Shown here: positions 28,624-39,830 of the stretch, in pieces
How the letters are laid out: each line of letters opens with the position of its first letter
Numbering within the stretch: the stretch's first letter is position 1
From: Chloroflexota bacterium
GTDB taxonomy: Bacteria > Chloroflexota > UBA11872 > VXOZ01
Direction of reading: 5' to 3'
Assembly (NCBI GenBank): GCA_965221905.1
Contig: OZ244922.1
Coordinates: forward strand, 832,001-896,000
Length of the DNA stretch: 64,000 nt
Notes under the pieces: generated by a model
What the model saw: only the letters and a program-made list of their open reading frames with translations
Told to the model about the DNA's origin: nothing
Database searches by the model: none
Made by a program: the position numbers and the translations under genes

Positions 28624-28728
28624 AGTAATGAGCTCTCCTATAGAGTGAGCGAATTCGGTTTTCAAGCAGGCGTAGCAGCGAGCTTACTCACCCGGGTGGG
28701 AAGGAAGCTGTTGCTGACCCGCCTGCAC

Positions 28729-29673
28729 CTACCGCGCGACTGCCGCCGCAACCCCGGCGTTTGCCTTCGCCACAAACGGCGCCATGTAGTCCTTGAATTT
28801 CTGCGCGTAGGCATCCAGGTCTTCCAGGTTGCCGCCGTCGCGCAGGGAGGAGCACATCTCGTAGGCCACCGTGCCGGTGTAGCCTTCCGCGATGAGCGTG
28901 TCGAAGAATGTCTCGTAATCAATAAGCCCTTCGCCCATGGCCACCCCCAACATGCGCGCGGGCTCCGCGACATAGTTCACCAGCGCCGGTTCGTAGCGGT
29001 AGCGCGGCAGAGCTACGTAGTCGGCCACGGTGGTGTACGCCATGAAGGGTGTCATGCGGCGCACTGCCGCTGCCAGCGCCTCGCCGTGCAAGCCCTGTAC
29101 GGCGGGCGACCAGGCGTCGAAGGCTGCTCGGCAGTTGGGGTGGTCTACCTCGCTGAGGAGTTGATACATGCTTTCGTAGTCGACAGCAAAGTCGTGATGA
29201 TTCTGGACCGTGAGGGCCACGCCAAAGTCGGCGGCCAGCCGCGCCGCCTCGCGCAGGCCAGTGACAACACTCGTCCAGCCCGCATCGTAAGAAATACCGG
29301 CACGTTCGTAACCGGTGAAGACGCGAATTGCAGGGCAATCGAGATCGCGGGCCAAGGAAGCCAGTTCGGCAATGTAGACGATCTGATGCTCCCAGAAGGG
29401 CACGTCGGGCCGTTCGGGGCCGACGGTAAAGTCGTTGTACCCTGCCAGAGAGTTAACGCTGAGGTCGTGTTCGGCCAGCAGCGCGCGCAGGGCTTGCCGT
29501 TTCTCAGGCCGGTGCGACGGGTAATCGAGCAGCGAAAGATGGGGGCGCTTGGCGACCAGCATCACCGCTTTGAACCCAAGCGCCGCCGTGCGCGGGATGA
29601 ATTCCTCCAGTGTCAGCCGTTCTTGCCCCGGCCACACTCCCGCATAACTTACCGAATGTAATGCTAGTTGCAT
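28729..29673 (-). CDS. Sugar phosphate isomerase/epimerase (xylose isomerase-like TIM barrel)
   Basis: QNHHD, MGEGLIDY, GYTGTVAYE motifs. Confidence 0.8.
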   Translation of the reverse strand: MQLALHSVSYAGVWPGQERLTLEEFIPRTAALGFKAVMLVAKRPHLSLLDYPSHRPEKRQALRALLAEHDLSVNSLAGYNDFTVGPERPDVPFWEHQIVYIAELASLARDLDCPAIRVFTGYERAGISYDAGWTSVVTGLREAARLAADFGVALTVQNHHDFAVDYESMYQLLSEVDHPNCRAAFDAWSPAVQGLHGEALAAAVRRMTPFMAYTTVADYVALPRYRYEPALVNYVAEPARMLGVAMGEGLIDYETFFDTLIAEGYTGTVAYEMCSSLRDGGNLEDLDAYAQKFKDYMAPFVAKANAGVAAAVAR

Positions 29674-29761
29674 CGGAATTCCTCCTAATTAATCTGCCAA
29701 AGTTTATTGCCGTATTGGTCGATCTCCGCGCGTAGCATTATCGAAAGTCACATACCCTCTT

Positions 29762-32383
29762 CTAAGTAGGGCGAACATCCTCCGTCGGTTCACCGTTGGT
29801 CCTAGCGTCCGGCTCTTCCTGTCCATTCTCCGTCATTGTTGGTTTTTGGCGCACTGCTTGCCGAGTTGCAACGGCAGTATTGCCTTGGGTTTCGGCCTCG
29901 TTCGCCGGGCCGTCCGCGCTGCCGCGTGGAGAGTCGTCAGTACCGGCTTTTGCGCCGTGTCGGGGCGGCTCTCCGTTTGCCGGGGCGTCGATTTCTCGCG
30001 ATGCGTCCGGGGTAGAGGAAGCCTGATCGCTTGCTGCCTGCGCAGCCGCCGGAGGGGGCGTGTCGGCCGCTTGCTTGAGTTGTGGAGGAAAGTCTGCTTG
30101 GCTGCTTTCAGTTACTGCCGGTTGAACGACGCCCCGGACTTCGCCGGAAATGCCCGCGCCGTCGGGGTCACTGCTCGCTTCGGATGGAGCATCCGCGGGG
30201 GCAGCGCTGCCACCGACTTCCAGCGCAAGCTGGGCGACGCGCAACAGGTGCGTCCGCAAAACGTCGTTTTCAGAGCGCAGCGTGCGCAGTGATTCCGCCT
30301 CGAGTTTCGCCTGCATCTCCTGGGCCAGAATGGCTGCTTGCTGGGCCAAGGCCGTTTCCATCTGCTTTTGCTGCGTCAGGTCGCGCACCACACACAGAAA
30401 CTGATCGTCCACCAGCGCCGCGATGCCACCCGCGAGCACCTGACCGCCAACCGGATGGCACGTGAAGCGCTGCGGCTGTCCGTCACTCTGTACGCGCTCG
30501 ATGGCGGCCATCATCTGCGATGCGAGGTCGACGGAAAGTGCCTCGCGTGCTCTGGCGCCAACCATACTCTCCGCGTCTTGGGGTCCAAAGCTCTCAGCGG
30601 GCTTGCACTCAAGTATCGTGCCGTCGGCTCGCACGCGCAGCACGAGGTCAGGCAGGAGGGTGCGTAGGACACGCGCAGACGCCTCCGCAATGGTTAGCAC
30701 CGCAGCTTGCTCAGAGTTCAGTTGCTCAAGGTGCGTTCGCAGCGCTTGATTGCTTTCCTCACTCTCCTGGAGCTGTGCCATGGCCTCCTTAAGTTCGGTC
30801 GTGTCACGCAGGAGGCAGAGCACGGTGTCCTTCGCATACGTTGCAACGCGCACTGCCAGCACTTGTCCGCTCTGTCGTAAGAAAGAGAGTTCTTGCACCT
30901 CGCCGCTTTCCAAAGCCGCTTCCGCCGCGGCCACCAGCGGCGTTACGTCGTCGCCCTGAAAAACGTCTTCCAGTTGTTTGCCGGCGAACATGTCCTCGTA
31001 TGCCGCTAATTGGGTGGCGGACGGTGGCTTGAGGTCTTGGATCGTGCCTCCGCGCGTCATGCGGATGAGCCAATCACCCGTCACGCGGCGCAGGGAATCT
31101 GCCGCGCGCCGCTGCGCGTCCAACTCTTGGAGCGTATGCGCATGTGCGGTGTTATCCCGGATGATGCACAGCGCCTGATCGGCGGTGTGCACAGTCACGT
31201 AACCCTCCAGAATCACGCTGCCGTCAGTGGCGGCGTAGTGCAGGCGCTCCGTCTTGCCCGCTTGGAGGACCCGCCCAACTGCGGCCATGACGGCTGCGGA
31301 TTGATCGGACGGCAACACCGCTTGGATGTTCTTGCCCAAAAGGTCGCTCGGCATTGCCGAAGGGCCGAAATCGGCGGCGGCCTTCCAATCCGTGATAGTG
31401 CCGTCACTGCGCATGCCTACCAATAGTCCCTCGGTGGCGTTGCGCAGCGCGCGATGGCTGGCCTGCAGGTCGCGCAGGGCGAGTTCCGGAGCGGTAGCGG
31501 GCTTTTCATCTGCGGTGCCAGGTGCGAGCGAGGCTTCTGCTGCAACGGGCCTGACCGCTTCAGCTACTCCTGCGGTCGCCGTGGCACGGCCGGTTGCTTT
31601 CCAGTAAATCCCAGCAATAACGCAGAGATAGCTCGCCACGGTTAGGCCCTGCGCAAGCAGAAGCAGTTCCTCGAGTTGCCACGCGTTGAGCAATGGAAAG
31701 CGGGCCAGAGCAAAGAGGGTGACAATGAAGGCAAGAAGCAACCAGCGGGCAATGGGTTCCCTGCGCAATCTACCGTTGCGCAGAATCCCCGTCATGCCGA
31801 CGAGCGTAAGCGCGGCCGCGAGCAGGAGTTCCGGCTGGGCCGCCAGCGGCACGATTGGCTGGCCCAGAACCCAAACGACGTCGTTGGAAGGCGGAAATGG
31901 AAATACTAATGAAGCGACAGTTACGATGAAGGCGAGAGTGGCAGCAGCGAAGTAGATACCCCCCGGTTGAGCGGTTGAAGGGCGGTCCTGCCTGCTCGCG
32001 AGGAGACTCAAGCCAAGGAAAAGACTAAAGAAGAGCGTGGGAAGGAGCGCGCCCCGCAGTACGGAGGCTGCAGTGAGCGACGAATCGGCGGCGCCGAAGA
32101 AGCCGGTGTACGCCGCGAAGTGGTACAGGTGCAGTGCGGCAGTAACCCACAGACCCGCACTGATAAGCAGGAAAGCGTCGCGCTGCTCCGCACGGAACCG
32201 CTGCAAAGCGAGCGCGCCGGCAGCCAGCGCAATCGCCACCGCAATGATTATGCTAAGAGCGTAGGTGGCCTCACCAAAAGTCGCGAAGGAACCGATGCGG
32301 GCTACATAGACTATTGCCAAGATGATAAAAGCAGCCGCATACGCTGCGGTGCGCATTGGATTTTCTTGCAATACTGCCGCCAT
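29762..32383 (-). CDS. Membrane protein: ~8 TM sensor region, three PAS-like repeats, coiled coil, disordered tail
   Basis: Three repeats of R.DGTI...GK...LC..RD.T; no kinase/GGDEF/MCP motif visible. Confidence 0.7.
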   Translation of the reverse strand: MAAVLQENPMRTAAYAAAFIILAIVYVARIGSFATFGEATYALSIIIAVAIALAAGALALQRFRAEQRDAFLLISAGLWVTAALHLYHFAAYTGFFGAADSSLTAASVLRGALLPTLFFSLFLGLSLLASRQDRPSTAQPGGIYFAAATLAFIVTVASLVFPFPPSNDVVWVLGQPIVPLAAQPELLLAAALTLVGMTGILRNGRLRREPIARWLLLAFIVTLFALARFPLLNAWQLEELLLLAQGLTVASYLCVIAGIYWKATGRATATAGVAEAVRPVAAEASLAPGTADEKPATAPELALRDLQASHRALRNATEGLLVGMRSDGTITDWKAAADFGPSAMPSDLLGKNIQAVLPSDQSAAVMAAVGRVLQAGKTERLHYAATDGSVILEGYVTVHTADQALCIIRDNTAHAHTLQELDAQRRAADSLRRVTGDWLIRMTRGGTIQDLKPPSATQLAAYEDMFAGKQLEDVFQGDDVTPLVAAAEAALESGEVQELSFLRQSGQVLAVRVATYAKDTVLCLLRDTTELKEAMAQLQESEESNQALRTHLEQLNSEQAAVLTIAEASARVLRTLLPDLVLRVRADGTILECKPAESFGPQDAESMVGARAREALSVDLASQMMAAIERVQSDGQPQRFTCHPVGGQVLAGGIAALVDDQFLCVVRDLTQQKQMETALAQQAAILAQEMQAKLEAESLRTLRSENDVLRTHLLRVAQLALEVGGSAAPADAPSEASSDPDGAGISGEVRGVVQPAVTESSQADFPPQLKQAADTPPPAAAQAASDQASSTPDASREIDAPANGEPPRHGAKAGTDDSPRGSADGPANEAETQGNTAVATRQAVRQKPTMTENGQEEPDARTNGEPTEDVRPT

Positions 32384-32555
32384 GTGAATTTGCTCTACGA
32401 ATTTGTAGCTATAACGGCAGCGAGGCTGCGTTTATTGCGACACCGCTACGTGCTGCGCCCGAGATCCCGTTCGCACGGAGAATAGGTAGTTTTCATTCCC
32501 GGCGCATGCTTGGGGTGATCCGGCGTTCGATTGGTGGTCCGACCGGTGGCCTACG

Positions 32556-33434
32556 CTAGCAATTGACGTCTTTGCCCTCGCTCCCGAACACGGCCATGCG
32601 TTCATCCTGCTCGATTCGCTCGATGCCCGCCGGAATGAAATGAAATTGAAGCGCCCGGCGCCGGCTTTCGCTGCGATTTGCCGGTGTGCCGTGGTGCATG
32701 AGTCCATCGAAGAAGAGCACACCGCCCGGTTCGAGCGGCACGGCCACGTCGCGATTGAGATCAAGATGGTCGTCGCAGATCTGCCAGTCGCGCCGACGAA
32801 AGTGCACCATCGGCCCTTCTTTGTGGGTACCGGGTTTAACATGCATGCACCCATTCTCAAGCGTGGCTTCATCGAGCGCCGTCCACGTGCCCACAATCGG
32901 CGTGCCCATCGGCAGGTTGAAGAAGGCGTGGTCTTGGTGCCAGGGCTTTTCGCGTCCGATGCCGGGCGGCTTGCTGAGAGCTTGGTCCGCAAAGAGTTCC
33001 GGCTCGGCCTCGATCAAGCGCCGGACGACGCGTTGCAGATTCGGATGGTCCGACATGGCTTTCATTCGCGGTTCGAACTCCACGAAGTGTTGCAGCTTGC
33101 GCACGCAATCAAGCTGCTGCTCCGGCGGCAAAGTGCGGACGTACTTCTTAGAAGCGGACTCAAACTGCACACCCCGGAACTCAGAGTACTTGCCAGTCAC
33201 GAGATCAACAAAGCCCGCAATCGCTTCTTGGATCTCCGCGGGCTTAAACACCTGCTGAATAACGAGGTAGCCGGTCTCGCGATAGAACGTGACGTGCTCA
33301 TCGGTGAAGTCGTCGATGTGGGTAATCCCAGTGGCGCAATTGTCGTAGCGGTAGAGCTGTTCGTTGTACTGCAGGGCCTCGTGTTCGTCGAACTTGAGCT
33401 CTACGGCAGTTGCTTGTTCCTGTGCTTGTGCCAT
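32556..33434 (-). CDS. Phytanoyl-CoA dioxygenase (PhyH) family 2OG-Fe(II) oxygenase
   Basis: PWHQD, WTALDEATLENGC..PGTH, HHG..N.S..RR. Confidence 0.9.
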   Translation of the reverse strand: MAQAQEQATAVELKFDEHEALQYNEQLYRYDNCATGITHIDDFTDEHVTFYRETGYLVIQQVFKPAEIQEAIAGFVDLVTGKYSEFRGVQFESASKKYVRTLPPEQQLDCVRKLQHFVEFEPRMKAMSDHPNLQRVVRRLIEAEPELFADQALSKPPGIGREKPWHQDHAFFNLPMGTPIVGTWTALDEATLENGCMHVKPGTHKEGPMVHFRRRDWQICDDHLDLNRDVAVPLEPGGVLFFDGLMHHGTPANRSESRRRALQFHFIPAGIERIEQDERMAVFGSEGKDVNC

Positions 33435-33656
33435 GGTGCTGTCCTCGCGCGGGAGTGAGCAAGGGGAATACAGATTCGCCTGAGTATGATGGTAGAACTG
33501 TCCCTGCCTAGTGTCAAGCTTGAATCTCTGTGGGGACCGGCGGGCGCTCGTCGCCTTTTGACCGGTATTCCGACAGGCTTCGTAGCCGCGCTTCCTTCGC
33601 AGGAACCAGAGAGCTTGCGCGTCCGCTCGACTGCGGTGCAGGCCTGCAATTGCAAC

Positions 33657-33684
33657 GTAGGGTCATGGCATGCCGTGACCCTAC
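33657..33684. repeat. GTAG-type REP palindrome variant
   Basis: GTAGGGTCATGGCATGCCGTGACCCTAC, same 28-bp architecture as 26674, 44793 and 47488. Confidence 0.75.
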
Positions 33685-34114
33685 GCACCCAAGCGCCATG
33701 TTCATTCCAACTGCGCAGACCGCACATCCCTTGGACGCCTTAGCGCGAACACATAGTTGATTCTCGGTGGGTTTGCCGCACAATCTCGCTTCGACGGCGA
33801 AAGTGACCGGCGAAATATCTAACGCTGACAGTTGCGGCGAATTGCTCAAAGCCACCACGAGCGGGTTGCCGGAAACCGTTTCCCCTTGTCTCCGGAGTCC
33901 GGTTTGCGCCGGCGTGACGGCGAGAACGGTGAAAGCTTCATCCTGCCGCAGCATAGGCGGGGAAGCTCTTCATCATTTGATACAATAGAACGAAGGCGAT
34001 CTGACCGGTCTCTCCCTAGCAAACGGCACACCGCAAAGTTGAGGCCGTAGCATCAGTCCCCGCGTGAAGCGGAATATATCTGATCAAGACAACATTGCTC
34101 CGAGTACGTTCTCT

Positions 34115-35905
34115 GTGAATCAACAACACATCCGCAACTTCTGCATCATCGCGCACATCGACCATGGCAAGTCCACGTTGGCGGACCGGCTATTGGAGAA
34201 GACCGGCGCGCTCGACGCCCGCAAAGTCGTGGAGCAGTCGCTCGATTCGATGGAACTCGAGCGCGAGCGCGGCATTACGATCAAGGCCAAAGCCGTGCGC
34301 ATGCTCTACGCGGAGGCTAACGGCCAGACCTACGAATTGAACCTGATCGACACGCCAGGGCACGTGGACTTCGCCTATGAGGTGTCGCGCGCGCTCTCGG
34401 CCTGCGAAGGCGTGCTGCTTGTCGTGGACGCCTCACAGGGCATCGAGGCGCAGACGCTGACTAATCTCTACCAAGCGCTCAACCACGACCTCACCGTGAT
34501 TCCCGTAATCAACAAGATCGATCTCCCCAGTGCGCAGCCCGATATGGTAGCGGCAGAGTTGGAGAACCTCGGTTTCACACACGAGGAGATGATCTATACC
34601 TCCGCCAAGACCGGTCTGGGTACCGATGAGGTGCTGGCGGCAATCGTGGAGCGCATCGCGCCGCCGTCCGGTGCTGAAGCAGCGGCTACCCGCGCGCTCA
34701 TCTTCGACTCGCACTACGATCTCCATAAAGGGGTTGTTGCGTACGTGCGCGTGGTGGAGGGCGCCCTGACGGCCGGTCAAGAGATTTTGCTGATGCAATC
34801 CGGCGCGCGTTCCGAGGCGATGGAGATCGGCACCTTTCGCCCCCATCCGGTCAAGGAGACGCGCCTTGCCACCGGCGAGGTAGGCTACGTTGCAAGCGGC
34901 CTCAAGACACTGCGCGAGTGCCAGGTGGGCGATACGATCACGGCGGCGTCCGCAGCGGCGGCACAGCCCCTTCCCGGCTATCAACCGGCCAAGCCGATGG
35001 TATTCGCGGGGTTCTATACGATGGAGAGCGAGGACTACGAACCGCTGCGCGACGCTCTGGATAAGCTCAAGCTCAACGACGCGGCGCTGACCTATGTGCC
35101 GGAAACGAGCCCGGCGCTCGGCTTTGGCTTTCGCTGCGGCTGTTTGGGACTGCTCCACCTGGACATCGTGCAGCAGCGGCTGGAGCGCGAATACGGTCTG
35201 GAAATCCTTACCACTCTGCCGAATACCGAGTACCGCGCCGTCACCACCGGCGGCAAGATCGTGGCGGTGGATACGCCGGCGCAGCTACCGGACCCGTCGG
35301 ATCTCGATCGCATCGAGGAACCGTGGGTCGAGCTAAATCTCATCACACCGTCCGGTTACATTGGGTCCATCATGGACTTGTGCGAAAACCGGCGCGGCGC
35401 GTTCAAGGCGCTTGAATACTTGGACGAGCGGCGCGCAATTCTAAAATACGAGGTGCCGTTTGCCGAGATTCTTACCGACTTTTACGACCAACTGAAGACT
35501 CGCAGCCAAGGCTATGCCAGCATGGATTATACGGTGACGGGCATGCGGCCCGGCGACCTGGTGAAGCTGGAAATTCTCGTGAACGGCCAGCCTGTGGACG
35601 CCCTTTCCAGCATCATTCCCCGCGATCGCTCGCAGCAGGTCGGACGGGGCTTGGTCGAGGAATTGCGCAGACAGATACCGCGCCAGCTCTTCGAGGTGCC
35701 CCTACAGGCCGCCATTAGCGGCCGCATCATCAGCCGGGAGACCATCCCGGCCCTGCGCAAGAACGTGCTTGCCAAATGCTACGGCGGCGACGTGACCCGC
35801 AAGCGCAAGCTGCTGGAAAAACAGAAAGAAGGCAAGAAGCGTATGAAGCGGATCGGCCAGGTCGAGATACCGCAAGAGGCGTTCCTGGCGCTGCTGAAGG
35901 TGTAG
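34115..35905 (+). CDS. lepA: Elongation factor 4 (LepA)
   Basis: [46 protein letters not shown]; GTG 34115 likely start (ORF open from 34064). Confidence 0.97.
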   Translation: MNQQHIRNFCIIAHIDHGKSTLADRLLEKTGALDARKVVEQSLDSMELERERGITIKAKAVRMLYAEANGQTYELNLIDTPGHVDFAYEVSRALSACEGVLLVVDASQGIEAQTLTNLYQALNHDLTVIPVINKIDLPSAQPDMVAAELENLGFTHEEMIYTSAKTGLGTDEVLAAIVERIAPPSGAEAAATRALIFDSHYDLHKGVVAYVRVVEGALTAGQEILLMQSGARSEAMEIGTFRPHPVKETRLATGEVGYVASGLKTLRECQVGDTITAASAAAAQPLPGYQPAKPMVFAGFYTMESEDYEPLRDALDKLKLNDAALTYVPETSPALGFGFRCGCLGLLHLDIVQQRLEREYGLEILTTLPNTEYRAVTTGGKIVAVDTPAQLPDPSDLDRIEEPWVELNLITPSGYIGSIMDLCENRRGAFKALEYLDERRAILKYEVPFAEILTDFYDQLKTRSQGYASMDYTVTGMRPGDLVKLEILVNGQPVDALSSIIPRDRSQQVGRGLVEELRRQIPRQLFEVPLQAAISGRIISRETIPALRKNVLAKCYGGDVTRKRKLLEKQKEGKKRMKRIGQVEIPQEAFLALLKV

Positions 35906-36115
35906 TTCGGTGTGTGAAGGCGTAGTTCAAGGATTTTGAGAGAGTTACGCTAAGGTAGAAGTCGGCCCAATCGTGTGGCATGGAAGGTGCGTGCGAGCAC
36001 AAGTCGTACCGAAGGACTATCCACAAATCAAGACCCAAACAAGTGCAATGCAAATGAGGCCCGCAGCGGGCGGCCCTCGCGTGCGTGATGACTAACCCAA
36101 GAGGAGCATGACCAA

Positions 36116-37942
36116 TTGATTGAAACACCAGAAGCGACGAACACAAAGCAAAATACCGGCGCGGAGGCGGTGCGTTGGGACTTGGCGGACCTTTACGCCG
36201 CGCCGGACGATCCCGCGATAGAGTCGGATTTCAAAGCAGCGTTGGCGCAGGCAGAGGTGTTCCAAGAACGCTACAAAGGCCGCATTGCCTCAGGGGAGAT
36301 CACGCCGGACGAGTTCTTGGCGGCAGTTGAAGAAATCGAGCGGATCTTCATGTGCGGCCATAAGGCCATAATGTTCGCGCATCTGGTCTTCTCGGTGGAT
36401 ACGGCCGACCCGGCACACGGGGCCTTGCTGCAGCGCACGGAGGAGCAGGTAACCGCGGTGCAGAACGCGCTGCTCTTCTTCGACGTCGAGTGGCGGCAGG
36501 CGGACGGCGCCTTTGCCCAGCGCATCTTGGCGCATCCGCCGCTGGCACGTTACGCCCACTCGCTCGCGCACGAACGGGTGTTTGCGCGCCACACTCTCAC
36601 AGAAGCCGAGGAGAAGCTCGCCGCCGAGAAGCGCCTCACCGGAATCAGCGCCTTCCAGAGGCTCTTCGACGAGCGCACCAGCCGCCTGCGCCAGACCATG
36701 ACGGTCGACGGCGAGCGCAAGGAGATGAACGAGACCGAACTCCTGGCCCTGCTTTACCACGAGGATCGCGGCGTGCGGCGGCGTGCCCAGGTCGCCATGA
36801 CCAAGGCGCTGCAAGGCGATGCCCACATTCTCACTTTCATCTTCAACGTCGCGGCGCAAGAGAAGGCCATTGAGGACCGTTTGCGGGACTTTCCAGATCC
36901 GATGTCGTCGCGCAACATGGGAAACGAGGTTGACGACGCCACGGCCCACGCCATGCTCGACGCGGTGACGCAACGCTACGACATCGTGGCCGATTACTAC
37001 ACGCTTAAGCGCCGCATGCTGGGCTACCGCAAACTCTACGACTACGACCGCTACGCGCCGGTATTTCCCACGCCGGAAGGCGGTGTCAGCTTTGCTGAGG
37101 CCAAGGCGCTCGTGCTGGATGCCTACCATGCGTTTTCCCCTGAGGTGGGAAACCTGGCCGGAGAGTTCTTCGAGAAACAATGGATCGATGCTGCTGTCTT
37201 ACCCAGCAAGCGCGGCGGCGCGTACTGCCAGCCCTGCTTGCCGAGCCTGCACCCTTACGTTTTCCTCAACTACACCGGCAATCAGCGCGACGTGATGACA
37301 CTGGCCCACGAGCTCGGCCACGGCATCCACGCCCGCCTCTCCCGCGAGCAATCGTACCTTGAATTCGGTACGTCTCTGGTGGTGGCGGAGCTTGCAAGCA
37401 CGTTTGGGGAGATGCTGACGTTCCACGAGCTCATGGAGCGCACCACCGACCCACGGGTGCGCTTGACCTTGCTGGCGCAGAAGATCGAGGATTCGTTTGC
37501 CACGGTCTTCCGACAGGCGGCGATGCACCAATTTGAGTACGGGCTGCACACCCGCCGCCGCAGCGAGGGCGAACTCACCACGGAAACCATCGGCGAAATC
37601 TGGATGGAGCAGCAGTCGGCGATGTTCGGCGACTCCGTGGTTATGACGGAGAACTACCGGCACTGGTGGGCGTATATTCCGCACTTCATCCACGTGCCGT
37701 TCTACGTCTACGCCTATCCCTTCGGCGAACTGCTCTCGCTCTCCCTCTACCATGCGTATCAGCAGCAAGGCGCGCCCTTTGTGGACGTGTATCGCGGCAT
37801 GCTGGCGGCAGGCGGCAGCGAAACTCCCGCGCAACTCATGCAACGTGCAAACATAAACACCGCCGATCCCGCCTTCTGGCACGGCGGCCTGGACATAATC
37901 CACGACATGGTGCAAGAGGCGAAGGCGCTGGCTCAGGCGTGA
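36116..37942 (+). CDS. pepF: Oligoendopeptidase F (M3B family)
   Basis: KRGGAYC, TLAHELGHGIH (HExxH), AELASTFGE, HF...FYVYAY. Confidence 0.9.
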   Translation: MIETPEATNTKQNTGAEAVRWDLADLYAAPDDPAIESDFKAALAQAEVFQERYKGRIASGEITPDEFLAAVEEIERIFMCGHKAIMFAHLVFSVDTADPAHGALLQRTEEQVTAVQNALLFFDVEWRQADGAFAQRILAHPPLARYAHSLAHERVFARHTLTEAEEKLAAEKRLTGISAFQRLFDERTSRLRQTMTVDGERKEMNETELLALLYHEDRGVRRRAQVAMTKALQGDAHILTFIFNVAAQEKAIEDRLRDFPDPMSSRNMGNEVDDATAHAMLDAVTQRYDIVADYYTLKRRMLGYRKLYDYDRYAPVFPTPEGGVSFAEAKALVLDAYHAFSPEVGNLAGEFFEKQWIDAAVLPSKRGGAYCQPCLPSLHPYVFLNYTGNQRDVMTLAHELGHGIHARLSREQSYLEFGTSLVVAELASTFGEMLTFHELMERTTDPRVRLTLLAQKIEDSFATVFRQAAMHQFEYGLHTRRRSEGELTTETIGEIWMEQQSAMFGDSVVMTENYRHWWAYIPHFIHVPFYVYAYPFGELLSLSLYHAYQQQGAPFVDVYRGMLAAGGSETPAQLMQRANINTADPAFWHGGLDIIHDMVQEAKALAQA

Positions 37943-38112
37943 GGAGCAAGATCTGATTTTGCTGATGAGTTGAGAAACTGAGTTATAATGTTGCTTGAGT
38001 GATTGTTGTCCAAAGCCCGCAACAGGTGCTTGGATGGCGATTCACGAGTTCTTAGCTTACAAAGCCGAATGCTTCTTCACAGATAAATTCGGGCTTGCGG
38101 AGTAGCTGACTC

Positions 38113-39204
38113 ATGATTGAAGTAGCAGATTCGAGAAGTGATACTGAGGTTGAAGATAGCCTTGCTACAGAGGAAGATATTCCCTTTAAGTACTCGATTA
38201 CGAGCTATGGGGCCGACTTCACGCTCGACGGTTTGGTGCGACGCATTCAGGACGGAGACGTTGTAGTCCCGTCCTTTCAACGTGGCTACGTTTGGAATAA
38301 GAAGCAAGCCTCCCTGCTTATTGAGTCCTTTCTAATGGGATTGCCTGTACCGGGAATCTTTCTTTCTCAGGAAGAAGACCAGACACTGCTTGTGATTGAT
38401 GGACAGCAACGCTTACGAACGCTTCAGTATTACTACGAAGGATCCTTTGGTCCGGAGAGTCCCCGCTTATCGGGCAAGAAGTTTGCGCTCACCGACGTTA
38501 GTGATGCATTCGAGGGCAAGACCTGTGAGACGCTTACTCCCCAAGACCGACGACAACTCGACAATTCTCTTTTGCATGCGACAATTGTCAGGCAAAATGA
38601 GCCCAAAGATGGCAACAGCAGCATCTATCTTCTCTTTGAGCGCCTAAATACTCAAGGAGTTCAACTACAACCGCAGGAGATTCGCAATTCTATCTATCGT
38701 GGGGCATTCAACGAGATGCTCAAGGACTTGAACGAGAACCAGGCCTGGCGCCACATTTTTGGAAATATACATACTCGCGCCAAAGATCAAGAGCTAATTC
38801 TGCGATTTCTTGCCCTATATTTCGATGGTGATAAGTATTCGAGGCCGATGAAGAAGTTTCTCAATGACTATATGGATAAGAATCGAAGCCTAGGAACTAA
38901 CACGCGCCAAGATATAAGTCAGGCTTTCCTGCCCACAATAGAACTGATTGACAGTGCGCTAGGAAGAAAGGCATTCCGACCCACGGCAGCATTGAATGCA
39001 GCAGTCTTCGATGCAGTAATGGTTGCTACCGTAAAGAGACTCGAGCGAGGCGCAATCGCCAGTCTAGGAGAGTTCGAGGAAACATACGATGAGCTGCTAA
39101 GTAACGATGAGTTTATCTCGTTTACAAGAAGTGGCACAACGGATGTAGTTCGCGTTCGCCGAAGACTTGATTTGGCCACTGTTGCATTTTCTGACGTGTG
39201 TTGA
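38113..39204 (+). CDS. DUF262 (ParB/GmrS-like NTPase) domain protein
   Basis: PSFQRGYVW, IESFLMGLPVP, VIDGQQRL, FERLNTQG motifs; AT-richer than flanks. Confidence 0.88.
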   Translation: MIEVADSRSDTEVEDSLATEEDIPFKYSITSYGADFTLDGLVRRIQDGDVVVPSFQRGYVWNKKQASLLIESFLMGLPVPGIFLSQEEDQTLLVIDGQQRLRTLQYYYEGSFGPESPRLSGKKFALTDVSDAFEGKTCETLTPQDRRQLDNSLLHATIVRQNEPKDGNSSIYLLFERLNTQGVQLQPQEIRNSIYRGAFNEMLKDLNENQAWRHIFGNIHTRAKDQELILRFLALYFDGDKYSRPMKKFLNDYMDKNRSLGTNTRQDISQAFLPTIELIDSALGRKAFRPTAALNAAVFDAVMVATVKRLERGAIASLGEFEETYDELLSNDEFISFTRSGTTDVVRVRRRLDLATVAFSDVC

Positions 39205-39665
39205 TGCGAGAACGACAGTCATACCGAAATCGTCTTGACAATCTGATTAGTCAGATTCCAACCCTCTCAAGTGACCTCTATCTTCAGTCTAATCTTGTAA
39301 AATTCGCGTGTGTGTTGGTCTGCGGATATGTCGAAGTCTCCTTGCGCGATGTATTGCAAGAATATACGAGAAAAAGAGCTTCGGTCGAAGTCGGAAAGTA
39401 CGCTAATAGACAGTTAGAACGAATTCGAAATCCGAAGATGGAGGTTATCCTGGAGTTAGTGGGTGCGTTTAGTCAGGACTGGAAAAAGAGTATGGAGAGT
39501 GAAACGCAGGGAAGACTCAAGCTCCACGTGGACTCATTAGTCAATGACCGGAATTTGATTGCGCATGGCAAGGACGTCGGATTGAGTTACGTCCAGTTAC
39601 AGGGTTATTATCGAAGTGCACTAGCAGTAATCGAACTCATCGAAAAGCACTGCAACGCTGGCTAA
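39204..39665 (+). CDS. HEPN-domain protein (MAE_28990/RiboL-PSP-like)
   Basis: RNLIAH (Rx4H) motif with upstream YVE; ATG overlaps the DUF262 stop (TGATG). Confidence 0.78.
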   Translation: MRERQSYRNRLDNLISQIPTLSSDLYLQSNLVKFACVLVCGYVEVSLRDVLQEYTRKRASVEVGKYANRQLERIRNPKMEVILELVGAFSQDWKKSMESETQGRLKLHVDSLVNDRNLIAHGKDVGLSYVQLQGYYRSALAVIELIEKHCNAG

Positions 39666-39830
39666 CTCTTGTCCCATTGTCTGCGCAAAGACCTGCACAT
39701 TCTTGCCCCGGGCTAGTTATCCAAAGGCGCATAGGGAGCGATCGTAATTGCGGCACTCCTGCGACTAAACCGTGCCACCCACTAAGGGAAGGCTGGTTGG
39801 TCGCCTTCTCGCTTTAGGTGCGCGAACAAC

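Noticed and set aside
33530-33620. Possible SRP RNA or riboswitch upstream of the PhyH gene (minus-strand GCGAAGGAAGC)
   Set aside because: Lacks the full CAGG..GGAAGGAAGCAGC SRP motif and a convincing long stem.
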